DNA of 64,000 bases from NCBI GenBank assembly GCA_950097015.1, contig CATNEN010000025.1, forward strand, positions 6,696,001-6,760,000. The letters are read 5' to 3'. Source of the DNA: Macrostomum hystrix. Lineage: Eukaryota; Animalia; Platyhelminthes. The notes beneath the pieces are model-generated. The model was not told the origin of the DNA, ran no database searches, and was given only the letters and a program-made list of their open reading frames with translations. The translations under genes and the position numbers were made by a program. Shown here piece by piece: positions 1-12,800 of the stretch (the stretch's first letter is position 1; each line of letters starts with the position of its first letter).

Positions 1-471
1 CGTGGACCTCGGACTCCGCCCAAGGTCCCTCCCCGTCTCTCCTACTCTACTCTCGTCGCGCCCCACCCCCGTAACTTCTTCCCTGTCCAGAAGTCGCTCA
101 GTAATCATATACTCGATTGACTGCCGTATTTTCGCCTCTCTGGTATCCGTATAGGGTGGGGGATCGGATAGCCGGGGACCCAAGGACTGCTGCAGTCAAC
201 ATTTTTTCCCTATAAAAAATATAGGAGCAAAAGCAATCGAGAATAGACATGGATAGGTTGGGCCAGGAAAATTGCCAGATAACCTCCTCCCCCCGGATAA
301 TAGGTTGCATCGGATTCTCCCCGGCTCCCTCTGTACACCCACCCTCGCCACTAGACCCCCACCCCAAGCTCATATCTCCCGCATTGAAAACGCAGAAAAT
401 GTTTCTATTGGACACCAGGCCACCCAATGGATGACAGAATTTGTGCAACGAATCCGCGTTTTCGGCTCCGT

Positions 472-473
<2 letters not shown>

Positions 474-507
<34 letters not shown>
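474..507. repeat. (CT)n microsatellite
   Basis: About 17 perfect CT units. Confidence 0.95.
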
Positions 508-511
<4 letters not shown>

Positions 512-751
512 CTCTGTCCCCAACACACACCCCAGCTGCAAACGTCCAACCCAAACCGACTCCACAAAAAAATCTGACTTCAAACACCGAAGGCAAGCTG
601 ATTTGAGTAGACCATTTTATTAGGCATTTATAAAGGACGAAAATTATCTAAATCCTCTAAATCCACAGCAATATCCCAGACTCAGTGGAGTAGAATCTAC
701 TCGCTCTGTGAGAAAGACAAATATATAAAATATAAAAATTATCATTTCGAG

Positions 752-809
752 ATGGCATCGGCAAAACTGCCTGTCACTGAGGAGTCACTGACTGAAAGCG
801 GCGAGACAG
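752..809 (+). CDS. PRKD: PKD exon 1 ([19 protein letters not shown]), putative or alternative first coding exon
   Basis: ATG at 752 and donor AG|GTGAG at 810. The phase-1 end matches exon 2. There is no homology support for this peptide. Confidence 0.6.
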
Positions 810-3800
810 GTGAGAAATTTTAATCCCATTCTACGATATATTGATTTGACTGCGTTAAATTTACGATTGTAGTATTTTACGAATCGGGACCCAAGTTGAT
901 AACTAAGATACTACTCAATACATTTAATATAGATAGATTATAAGTTGGTGCTGCTGCTGCTGCAGCAATCGCTCTCACAAGAGTTTTCGTATCAATAAGA
1001 GGAGGGGTGGGTGCAACTTTATGGCCAAAGAATTGGAGAGGGGTGGGTGCAACTTTATGGCACAGAATTGAAGAGGGGTGGGTGCAAATTTATGGCCAAA
1101 GAATTGGAGAGGGGTAGGTGCAACTTTATGGCCAAAGAATTGGAGAGGGGTAGGTGCAACTTTATGGCACAGAATTGAAGAGGGGTGGGTGCAAATTTAT
1201 GGCCACATAATTGGAGGGGTACCTGGACACTTCGTCATCTTACAACTTCGTCATCCAGATGACGATCTGTCCAATATCTCAGAGGGTGGATTACGAAGAG
1301 ACTTAGACTTGTGGACACTTCGTCATCTATAAAACAAAAGTTTTCAAAGTTAGAACAGAACCACCCTTCCCCACCTCCTCACATCGTGTTGGCACCTATC
1401 TTTCAACTCTTATAATGAAATCAGTTTTGACACCTCTTTTTGACAATTTAGAGTGTGAAGTGTGTTCACACCTCTGCCACACCACCCCACCCTCACTTTA
1501 TTGATGACGAACTTGATTGCTTGTTATTAGTAGATGACGAAACTGACCAAACTTTAAAGCATGCCAATTGGCTGGATGACGAAGTGTCCTACCTTCCAAG
1601 TGGATGACGAAGTTGTAAGATGACGAAGTTGTAAGATGACGAAGTTGTAAGATGACGAAGTGTCTAGGATCCAATTGGAGGAGGGGTGGGTGCAACGTTA
1701 TGGCCAAAGAATTGAAGAGGGGTGGGTGCAACTCAATTGGCTACATAATTGGAGGGGTGGGGCAAATCTATGGTGACAGAATGGGGGGAGGAGAGGTGGG
1801 TGCAACTCTATGGCTACAGGACTGGAGAAGAGGTGAATGCAATCCTAGGAAAAATCGGAAGCTGGGTGGGTGTAACCAGTGTCTAACCTACTGAAAAATA
1901 CTGGAGGTTGGGTGGGTGCGATCGTTAGAACACATCTGAATGAAAGCGTACATAAACTGGAATGCGCACTCGGATGCTTTACTTCTAAAAAATGTTAACC
2001 TTTAGTCTTTTGGTCTTTGTTTAGTTGGCCCACTTACAACAATTCATTTAATCTAATTTGCAGACTCACTGTCGAGCGGCTTTGACCAGCAGCTGCAGAT
2101 CAGTTCGCACAATGTCCACGTGCACTCTTATCGTTCGCCGCACTTCTGCGACTTCTGTGGCGTAATGCTATTCGGCCTGGTGAAGCAGGGCTTAAAGTGC
2201 GATGGTGAGTGCGCTATTCAGGAGTATCTTGGCCAAGAAATTGGTAGAAATCGGACTAAAACTTTGACTGGCTGAGAGATTAGTCACGTGATTGGATGGA
2301 ATTGAAGGGTTTCCCACCGAAGTTCTAAAAATAGAAACAAATCTTAATGCCTCGTTCAATCAGTTCACTATCGTACTTCAAATTATAATTTCCCGCTTCA
2401 AAGCAGGTTCTACATCCGAATTTTTGTTAAAAAAATATTTTATTGTAGCGTTTTCGATTCCAGTTGCATTTTCTCCCTCTTTGGAGTGCAAAACACGAAG
2501 TGCCATCCCCCAAGAGGCTAAAGTGAAAGATTTTTTTCTAGATTAAAAATCTTCTTTAAAATCGAAAGAAAGCAGAAGCAGCTGCTGTTGCATGGCTTTG
2601 CATGTGAATGCGAACCAGTTCTTAGGGTGGGGGTGGTTAGATCTCAAACCGCCAATCAGCCTCCTGCTTTGTGGCAGTATCCGAGAGGAGTCCGACAATA
2701 ATCCCAACCTCCGCTCTAAAAGCCTAGAAATTGCTTGTCTAGCGGGGAGTAGCTACCCACCCCCTGTTTCTCTCTTTCATTCTAACTGGAGCACTCAAAT
2801 TTCTACTCAGATTAATGCTCCAAGCAATGCGTCCTTGGGTTCCGATGATCGTTTAGCAAATGGAAGGGCCATGCCACGGGTTAGTTGACGAGTGGAGACC
2901 TTGGGTGCTGCAGCGCCTGTTCCATCTACTACCCTCTCCCAGTATGTATCTTTCTCAGTCGCAGTTTCAGTCTCAGTCTCAGTTCCCTCTCCCAGTTTCT
3001 CAGTCGTGTCCTCAATCTGTTTATTCTACATCTTGAAAGCAGCAGAGAGCAAGGCTTATATAGGACAGATGGTTTGTCACCGAGACTTGCGAAGCAAGCA
3101 TACTGGAACATGCTGGCAGCTTAGATAGCGGCGAAGTTTGAGTAAGAAATGTTGCCAATTTTCAGCAGCTTGCTTCGCTTCGGTCATTCAAGTATAGCTT
3201 GGCTCATTGTCCCATCGGTCATTCAAGTAGCTTGGCTCATTGTCCCATCGGTCATTCAAGTATAGCTTGGCTCATTGTCCCATCGGTCATTCAAGTAGCT
3301 TGGCTCATTGTCCCATCGGTCATTCAAGTAGCTTAGCCCATTGTCCCATCGGTCATTCAAGTAGCTTGGCTCATTGTCCCATCGGTCATTCAAGTAGCTT
3401 AGCCCATTGTCCCATCGGTCATTCAAGTAGCTTGGCTCATTGTCCCATCGGTCATTCAAGTAGCTTAGCCCATTGTCCCATCGGTCATTCAAGTAGCTTG
3501 GCTCATTGTCCCATCGGTCATTCAAGTAGCTTGGCCCATTGTCCCATCGGTCATTCAAGTAGCTTGGCTCATTGTCCCATCGGTCATTCAAGTAGCTTGG
3601 CCCATTGTCCCATCGGTCATTCAAGTAGCTTGGCCCATTGTCCCATCGGTCATTCAAGTAGCTTGGCCCATTGTCCCATCGGTCATTCAAGTAGCTTGGC
3701 CCATTGTCCCATCGGTCATTCAAGTAGCTTGGCCCATTGTCCCATCGGTCATTCAAGTAGCTTGGCTCATTGTCCCATCGGTCATTCAAGTAGCTTGGCT

Positions 3801-6800
3801 CATTGTCCCATCGGTCATTCATGTAGATTGGCCCATTGTCCCATCGGTCATTCAAGTAGCTTGGCTCATTGTCCCATCGGTCATTCAAATAGCTTGGCTC
3901 ATTGTCCCATCAGTCATTCAGCAGTTTGGTCCTGTTGCGAATTCACAGGCTGCGGTCTGAACTTTCACAAGCGGTGCGTGTACAAGCTGCCAAACAATTG
4001 TTCACGATCGCGTGCCGGCCCATCGCCGTCACTCTCCGGCCAAGACCTGCTTCAGTTGCAGCAACAGCAGCAGCAGCAATCGCAGTCGCATGCGCAGCTA
4101 CTTCAGCCTGGCGGCGGCACCTGCGGCAAGTCCTGGAGCGGCGGGCGGCCATTGTGGCTAGAGCGACAGCTGGCTGAGCGCATCAAAGTGCCTCACACGT
4201 TTGACATTCATTCGTACACTAAGCCGACTGTGTGCCACTTCTGCAGGAAGCTCATGTACGGCCTGTTCCGACAGGGCTATCAATGCAAAGGTCAGTTCGC
4301 AATACATTAATCCTGCTATTTTTTATTGAGATACATTTTCCAATTTAAAATCCCTCATTTATTTTTATTCAGACTGCAAATACAACTGCCACAAAAAGTG
4401 TCTGCCCAGCGTGCCAAAGTCGTGCGAGGGCGTCATCCTGCCGGAGGAGGCCGCCTCGGGTGAGAGTAAAGCGTCATCCCGATGCCAGCCAATCAGCGAC
4501 AGCTTGGGGTTAGAGAGGAGGATCGCCTAATAAAATCGATGAATGAAGTTGGTGGTCTTTGTTAGTAGAGATACAGCTGTTGGCGTGTAACAAGTCAGAG
4601 GATGGTCTGTTGCAAATGTATATCTCAGATGAGTGGTACAATGCCGAGCCATAGAAGTGGAGTTGAGGTGGGTGAAATCTCAACCCACGGAAGTCGAGGT
4701 GGGGTGGGTGCGATCCCAACCCACGGAAGTCGAGGTGGGGTGGGTGCGGCCCCAAAGAGGTGGAAGAGTGGCGGGTGCAACCCTGATCCACAGAAATGGA
4801 GGAGGGGTGGTGCAATCCTGAGCCACAGAAAAAGAGGAGAGATGGGTGCAACCCTGAGCCACAGAAATGGAGGGGGTGGGTGCAACCCTGAGCCACAGAA
4901 ATGGAGGGGTGGGTGCAGTCCTGAGCCACAGAAACGGAGATGAGATGGGTGCAATCCTGAGCCACAGAAATGGAGGAGGGTGGGTGCAATCCTGAGCCAC
5001 AGAAATGGAGGAGGGTGGGTGCAATCCTGAGCCACAGAAATGGAGGTGGGTGCAGTCACAAGCCACAGTGGTGGAACAATATTGGAGGAGCATAAGGGTT
5101 GGCTCATTCACCTGGCAATAGAAACTAGCCTCATTAGGGTTTCGGCGCAAATGTTGCAATGCGGCCAAGTGCATGTCAAGTGGGGATACCAAATTGATAA
5201 AGGAATATGAAAGCATCGATGTCGGCGACTCCCAGTAAGGGCATCAATTCGGGCTTGCATCCCGCGATGCCTGGGTTAATCAGGATTTCTGTCCTCATTT
5301 TACCGTTGTCCGTATCGTGAGACGCAGCTGCTTTGACTCATGGTTGTCTCGCTATCGAGGCTTGAGGAGCGACTTAATTAGGATTAGACAGGAGAAAATT
5401 GACTGGCTCGAAGACAGGAACAGGTCCGAGATGTCCTTTGCGGCGGTAAGGGGCGGCAACAGTAAGGAGGAGCAGGCATTGGCTCAGTGGGTGACTGTCG
5501 TCACCCTTGTCCATTTACCTCAACGATGATGACAAATCCCACTGTCTGAGCCCAATTTAACAGAATTACAAATCACTGCAGCCAGTGTGAGAAATCGACT
5601 GCTGCTGTCAGTGTTGGACATGACATATTTTCTTCAATGTTTGAAGCTCGCCTTTAGACAGGTGAAATGAGAGCGATTAGACAGATGAAATGAGAGCGAT
5701 TAGACAGATGAAATGAGAGCAATTAGACAGTTGAAATGAGAGCAATTAGACAGGTGAAATGAGAGCAATTAGACAGATGAAATGGGGAAATGAGAGCAAT
5801 TAGACAGGTAAAATGAGAGCAATTACTTGTAGACAGATGAAATGAGAGCGTTTAGGCAGATAAAATGAGAGCGATTAGACAAATAAATTGAGAGCAATTA
5901 AGCAGGTGAAGTGACAGCAATTAGACAGGTAAAATGAGAGCAATTAGACAGATGAAATGAGAGCAATTAGACAGTTGAAATGAGAGCAATTAGACAGATG
6001 AAATGAGAGCAATTAGACAGATGAAATGAGAGCAATTAGACAGTTGAAATGAGAGCAATTAGACAGATGAAATGAGAGCAATTAGACAGATGAAATGAGA
6101 GCAATTAGACAGATGAAATGAGAGCAATTAGACAGATGAAATGAGAGCGATTAGACAGATGAAATGAAAGCAATTAGACAGTTGAAATGAGAGCAATTAG
6201 ACAAATGAAATGAGAGCAATTAGACAGATAAAATGAGAGCAATTAGACAGTTGAAATGAGAGCAATTAGACAAATGAAATGAGAGCAATTAGACAGATAA
6301 AATGAGAGCGATTAGACAGATGAAATGAGAGCGATTAGACAGATGAAATGAGAGCAATTAGACAGATGAAATGAGAGCGATTAGACAGATGAAATGAAAG
6401 CAATTAGACAGTTAAAATGAGAGCGATTAGACAGATAAAATGAGAGCGATTAGACAGTTGAAATGAGAGCAATTAGACAGTTGAAATGAGAGCAATTAGA
6501 CAGATAAAATGAGAGCGATTAGACAGATGAAATGAGAGCGATTAGACAGATGAAATGAGAGCAATTAGACTGATGAAATGAGAGCGATTAGACAGATGAA
6601 ATGAAAGGAATTAGACAGATAAATAAATTGAGAGCAATTAAGCAGGTGAAGTGAAAGCAATTAGACAGGTGAAATGAGAGCGACTAGACCGATGAAATGA
6701 GAGCAATTACTTGTAGACAGATAAAATGAGAGGAATTAGACAGATAAAATAAGAGCAATTAGACAGATGAAATGAGAGCAATTAGACAGATGAAATGAGA

Positions 6801-9800
6801 GCAATTAGACAATTGAAATGAGAGGAATTAGACAGATGAAATGAGAGCAATTAGACAGATGAAATGAGAGCAATTAGACAGATGAAATGAGAGCAATTAG
6901 ACAGATGAAATGAGAGCGACTAGACCGATGAAATGAGAGCAATTACTTGTAGACAGATAAAATGAGAGCGATTAGACAGATGAAATTAGAGCGATTAGAC
7001 AATTGAAATGAGAGGAATTAGTCAATTGAAATGAGAGGAATTAGACAGATGAAATGAGAGCAATTAGACAGATGAAATGAGAGCAATTAGACAGATGAAA
7101 TGAGAGCAATTAGACAATTGAAATGAGAGGAATTAGACAGATGAAATGAGAGCAATTAGACAGATGAAATGAGAGCAATTAGACAGATGAAATGAGAGCA
7201 ATTAGACAGATGAAATGAGAGCGACTAGACCGATGAAATGAGAGCAATTACTTGTAGACAGATAAAATGAGAGCGATTAGACAGATGAAATTAGAGCGAT
7301 TGGACAATTGAAATGAGAGGAATTAGTCAATTGAAATGAGAGGAATTAGACAGATGAAATGAGAGCAATTAGACAGATGAAATGAGAGGAATTAGACAGA
7401 TGAAATGAGAGCAATTAGACAGATGAAATGAGAGCAATTAGACAGATGAAATGAGAGCGACTAGACCGATGAAATGAGAGCAATTACTTGTAGACAGATA
7501 AAATGAGAGCGATTAGACAGATGAAATTAGAGCGATTGGACAATTGAAATGAGAGGAATTAGTCAATTGAAATGAGAGGAATTAGACAGATGAAATGAGA
7601 GCGATTAGACAGATGAAATGAAAGCAATTAGACAGTTGAAATGAGAGCGATTAGACAGATAAAATGAGAGCGATTAGACAGTTGAAATGAGAGCAATTAG
7701 ACAGTTGAAATGAGAGCAATTAGACAGATGAAATGAGAGGAATTAGTCAATTGAAATGAGAGGAATTAGACAGATGAAATGAGAGCAATTAGACAGATGA
7801 AATGAGAGCAATTAGACAGATGAAATGAGAGCAATTAGACAATTGAAATGAGAGGAATTAGACAGATGAAATGAGAGCAATTAGACAGATGAAATGAGAG
7901 CAATTAGACAGATGAAATGAGAGCGACTAGACCGATGAAATGAGAGCAATTACTTGTAGACAGATAAAATGAGAGGAATTAGACAGATGAAATGAGAGCA
8001 ATTAGACAGATGAAATGAGAGCAATTAGACAGATGAAATGAGAGCAATTAGACAATTGAAATGAGAGGAATTAGACAGATGAAATGAGAGCAATTAGACA
8101 GATCAAATGAGAGCAATTAGACAGATGAAATGAGAGCAATTAGACAGATGAAATGAGAGCGACTAGACCGATGAAATGAGAGCAATTACTTGTAGACAGA
8201 TAAAATGAGAGCGATTAGACAGATGAAATTAGAGCGATTAGACAATTGAAATGAGAGGAATTAGTCAATTGAAATGAGAGGAATTAGACAGATGAAATGA
8301 GAGCAATTAGACAGATGAAATGAGAGCAATTAGACAGATGAAATGAGAGCAATTAGACAATTGAAATGAGAGGAATTAGACAGATGAAATGAGAGCAATT
8401 AGACAGATGAAATGAGAGCAATTAGACAGATGAAATGAGAGCAATTAGACAGATGAAATGAGAGCGACTAGACCGATGAAATGAGAGCAATTACTTGTAG
8501 ACAGATAAAATGAGAGCGATTAGACAGATGAAATTAGAGCGATTGGACAATTGAAATGAGAGGAATTAGTCAATTGAAATGAGAGGAATTAGACAGATGA
8601 AATGAGAGCAATTAGACAGATGAAATGAGAGCAATTAGACAGATGAAATGAGAGCAATTAGACAGGTGAAATGAGAGCAATTAGACAGGTGAAATGAGAG
8701 CGACTAGACCGATGAAATGAGAGCAATTACTTGTAGACAGATAAAATGAGAGCGATTAGACAGATGAAATGAGAGCGATTAGACAGATAAATTGAGAGCA
8801 ATTAAGCAGGTGAAGTGAAAGCAATTAGACAGGTGAAATGAGAGGAATTAGACAGTTGAAATGAGAGCAATTAGACAGATGAAATGAGAGCAATTAGACA
8901 GATGAAATGAGAGCAATAATACAGTTGAAATGAGAGCGATTAGACAGTTGAAATGAGAGCAATAATACAGTTGAAATGAGAGCGATTAGACAGATGAAAT
9001 GAGAGCAATTAGACAGTTGAAATGAGAGCAATTAGACAAATGAAATGAGAGCAATTAGACAGTTGAAATGAGAGCAATTAGACAGTTGAAATGGTCTTAA
9101 AGCGAAAAATCTAACAGAACAGTGGAGAGACAGTTGAGCTTGACTGGATATCAGAATCCGTGATCTTCTAATTTGGCACCTAGCGACCACATTGGTAAAA
9201 AGATAATAAACGGTCCAGCGCTGCTTCTTTTTTCGTGTCTCCGCTGAAAACGTAATTATCGAACGATCGATTTCAAGACCATCTGTCCAAGACCGCTGGG
9301 ATTCCAGATGCATGCTCTGAACTCTCTTCTGCCTACCCTCCCCCTGTTCCTTTCCTGAGCTGGCGCTGTCAGGAATCTGACAGGAAATTGTCATCGATCC
9401 TTCCAGCTGGACTCCTCTGGGATTTCTGAGGCGGGCTGCCCGGGGATTTAGATTGGTCCAGACAGCTATGCGGGCTGGAGGAAGCGGCCCTCATTCAAAA
9501 TTAGCTTTTACGCGACTCTTTTTTAGTTTCAAGAGGAAAATGATGTTCGATTAGGACTGCATCCTAGTAGACAGTGCTTCGGCTATAGACTTTAGAAATT
9601 GCTTTAAGGAAAAAAGCCCTTATTTTTATACGAGGAGCGACTTGTCTCCCGTAGGATGTGTGTTGACGACCGCATGAGTTCATGAGTTCATGAGTTCAAT
9701 CGCTTATGAGTTCAATCGCTCATGAGTTCGTGAGTTCACGAATTCGTGAGTTCGTGAATTCATGAGTTCGTAAGTTCGAGAGTTCGTGAGTTCGTGAATT

Positions 9801-12800
9801 CATGAGTTCGGGAGTTAATGAGTTCATGAGTTCGTGAGTTCGAGAGTTAATGAGTTCATGAGTTCGTGAGTTCGTGAGTTCGAGAGTTAATGAGTTTATG
9901 AGTTCGTGAGTTCGTGAATTCATGAGTTCGAGAGTTAATGAGTTTATGAGTTCGTGAGTTCGAGAGTTCGAGAGTTCGTGAGTTCATGAGTTCGTGAGTT
10001 CGTAAGTTCGAGAGTTCGTGAGTTTATGAGTTCGTGAGTTCGAGAGTTCGTGAGTTCATGAGTTCGTGAGTTCGTGAGTTCATGAGTTCGTGAGTTCGTG
10101 AGTTCATGAGTTCGTGAGTTCGTGAGTTCATGAGTTCGTGAGTTCATGAGTTCATGAGTTCGTGAGTTGGTGAGTTCATGAGTTCGCGAGTTCATGAGTT
10201 GGTGAGTTCATATGAGTTCTTAAGTCGAAAACAATATGATTTGATTAGATTTTTACAGCCCGAGTCCAGAAGTCCGTATGTTTGTGAGCGTAGTATGAGT
10301 GATTGACTTATCGTTTCCAGCGAAAACTCCAAGAGCTTTGCATCATGATGCACCTGGGAATCCAGCTCGGGTTCTCGCATTGCCCATTTCAGCCTCTTAT
10401 GCGGCACTGCATGGCTTTGTTAGCGATAAGGAAGCCTCAAGTCTAAGAGAACGAATGGCCTGCTCTCTTCCCTATTTGTGTCTCACCGGGGATTATTTCA
10501 GATTTCTATCGGACCGAGCGGCCTGTAAATAAGTCAGCGAAATGCTACCCTCGTAGGGGATCAGTGGGGACATGGGGAACTGAGTCGATGGGAGAAAATG
10601 GAACTGAGTCGATGGGAGAAAATGGAACTGAGTCGATGGGAGAAAATGGAACTGAGTCGATGGGAGAAAATGGAACTGAGTCGATGGGAGAAAATGGAAC
10701 TGAGTCGATTGGGAGAAAATGGAACTGAGTCGATGGGAGAAAATGGAACTGAGTCGATTGGGAGAAAATGGAACTGAGTCGATGGGAGAAATGGGAAGCA
10801 AGTCGATGGGAGAAATGGGAAGCGAGTCAATGGTAGCCTCACAAACTGTTCACCAGCAGGCTCAAACACAGCCGGCGGGTCCAACAGTCCCGGCTCAAAT
10901 GAGGACGACGTCGACGACGAGTCGCCTGGAGGCGCCGGCAGCGGCAGCGGCGTCGGCAGCGGCGGCGTCGGCTCTGACGCTGGCAGAGGTCCCGAGGAGC
11001 CTCAGAAGCCGCCACTGGAGTGAGCACTTATTTTGAATGATCTCTGAGGTTGAGTTAAATAAAGCAACAAAGTGGCCAAATAATGGACATTGTTTTGCCA
11101 TTTTTTTCAGCCCCAAGGAGTCGGCCAACATTCCGCTAATGCGCGTTTTTCAATCCATCAAGCAGACAAAGAAGCAGGGCTCCAGTGTGCTGCGCGAGAA
11201 CTGGCTGGTGTACTACACCGACCGCTGCGCCGAGGTACCGTAAGGGGATAATGCTGATAGAAAATTGCCATCAGAAAATACTGATACCCCTTTCACAGCT
11301 GTGTGAGTTGAAGCACTAGAAATTAAGTGTTTTACCTTCGATTACAAATAGTTTCCATTGCGGCTGGGAATCGAACTCGAGACCTTTCAGTTCAGCTCTA
11401 ATCGACGAAAATATAGAAAGAGCACAATCTTCAAAGCCTTGATAATCGCGGTAGTCACTAAGGGACAGAGGCAATTAATAAAGTGCACAATCAGGTTTGA
11501 TGGCCAGATTTGTAGAGTGCGAAGCACCAACGACCCCACAAGCCATGCCCCTAGCAGGTGACGACGGATTTTCATTTCAAAGGATGATTCAAGACAGACT
11601 GACCAAGAGAATTCTGCCCAAGCCTAGAGTCTAATTAATTAGTTTGGTCAGGACAGGCCGAAATATAAATCGGGCCCCATCAAGGCGAGCGTGACGTTGT
11701 GTTTGTGTGAGAGAGAGGGAGAGAGCGAAAGTGAGAGAAAAGCACCGAGCCGGGGATGGTTTGGGTGATTTTCTTTGAGAATATTTGCCCCATTCGCGGT
11801 CAAATTTTCCCAGCTACCGGGATTGCTGAACGTGACGCGGGATCCTTAGCTTAGTGCCGTTGAGTTTTGTGCTTCATCTATCCATCCCAACTAATTTGCA
11901 GCTTGAGACGTGCTTCCCGACTCGTCCGTTTCTCTGCTCCCTCATCTGCAACCTCATCTCTCTCTTCTCTCCCAACTCTTGTCTCTCATCTCATCTCTCT
12001 CTCTTGTCTCTCATCTCATCTCTCTCTTGTCTCTCACCTCATCTCTCTCTTCTCTCTCATCTCATCTCTGTCTTGTCTCCCAACTCATCTCTCTCTTCTC
12101 TCCCAACTCATCTCTCTCTTGTCTCTCACCTCCTCTCTCTCTTCTCTCCCAACTCATCTCTCTCTTGTCTCTCACCTCATCTCTCTCTTCTCTCCCAACT
12201 CATCTCTCTCTTGTCTCTCACCTCCTCTCTCTCTTCTCTCCCAACTCATCTCTCTCTTCTCTCTCACCTCATCTCCTTCTTGTCTCCCAACTTATCTCTC
12301 TCTTCTCTCTCACCTCATCTCTCTCTTCTCTCCCAACTCATCTCTCTCTTCTCTCTCACCTCATCTCTCTCTTCTCTCCCAACTCATCTCTCTCTTCTCT
12401 CCCAACTCATCTCTCTCTTCTCTCCCAACTCATCTCTCTCTTCTCTCCCAACTCACCTCTCTCTTCTCTCTCACCTCATCTCTTTCTTGTCTCCCAACTC
12501 ATCTCTCTCTTCTCTCCCAACTCATCTCTCTCTTCTCTCCCAACTCACCTCTCTCTTCTCTCTCACCTCATCTCTTTCTTGTCTCCCAACTCATCTCTCT
12601 CTTGTCTCCCAACTTATCTCTCTCTTGTCTCCCAACTCATCTCTCTCTTGTCTCCCAACTCATCTCTCTCTTGTCTCTCATCTTATCTCTTTCTTGTCTC
12701 TCATCTTATCTCTCTCTTGTCTCCCAACTCATCTCTCTCTTGTCTCTCACCTTATCTCTTTCTTGTCTCTCATCTCATCTCTCTCTTGTCTCCCAACTCA

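Noticed and set aside
98-596. Cluster of short ORFs at the window start
   Set aside because: They span a (CT)n microsatellite, have no recognisable domain and no consistent splice context.
3240-3948. His/Cys-rich repeat ORF ([11 protein letters not shown])n running in frame into PKD exon 3
   Set aside because: It starts at TTG within a 33-nt array, and a period divisible by 3 keeps frames open by chance. Exon 2 splices to 3949 and restores an intact C1a.
10299-10532. Possible phase-1 cassette exon after TTATCGTTTCCAG in PKD intron 4
   Set aside because: No recognisable homology, only a weak in-phase donor (GTCTAA), and the model is complete without it.
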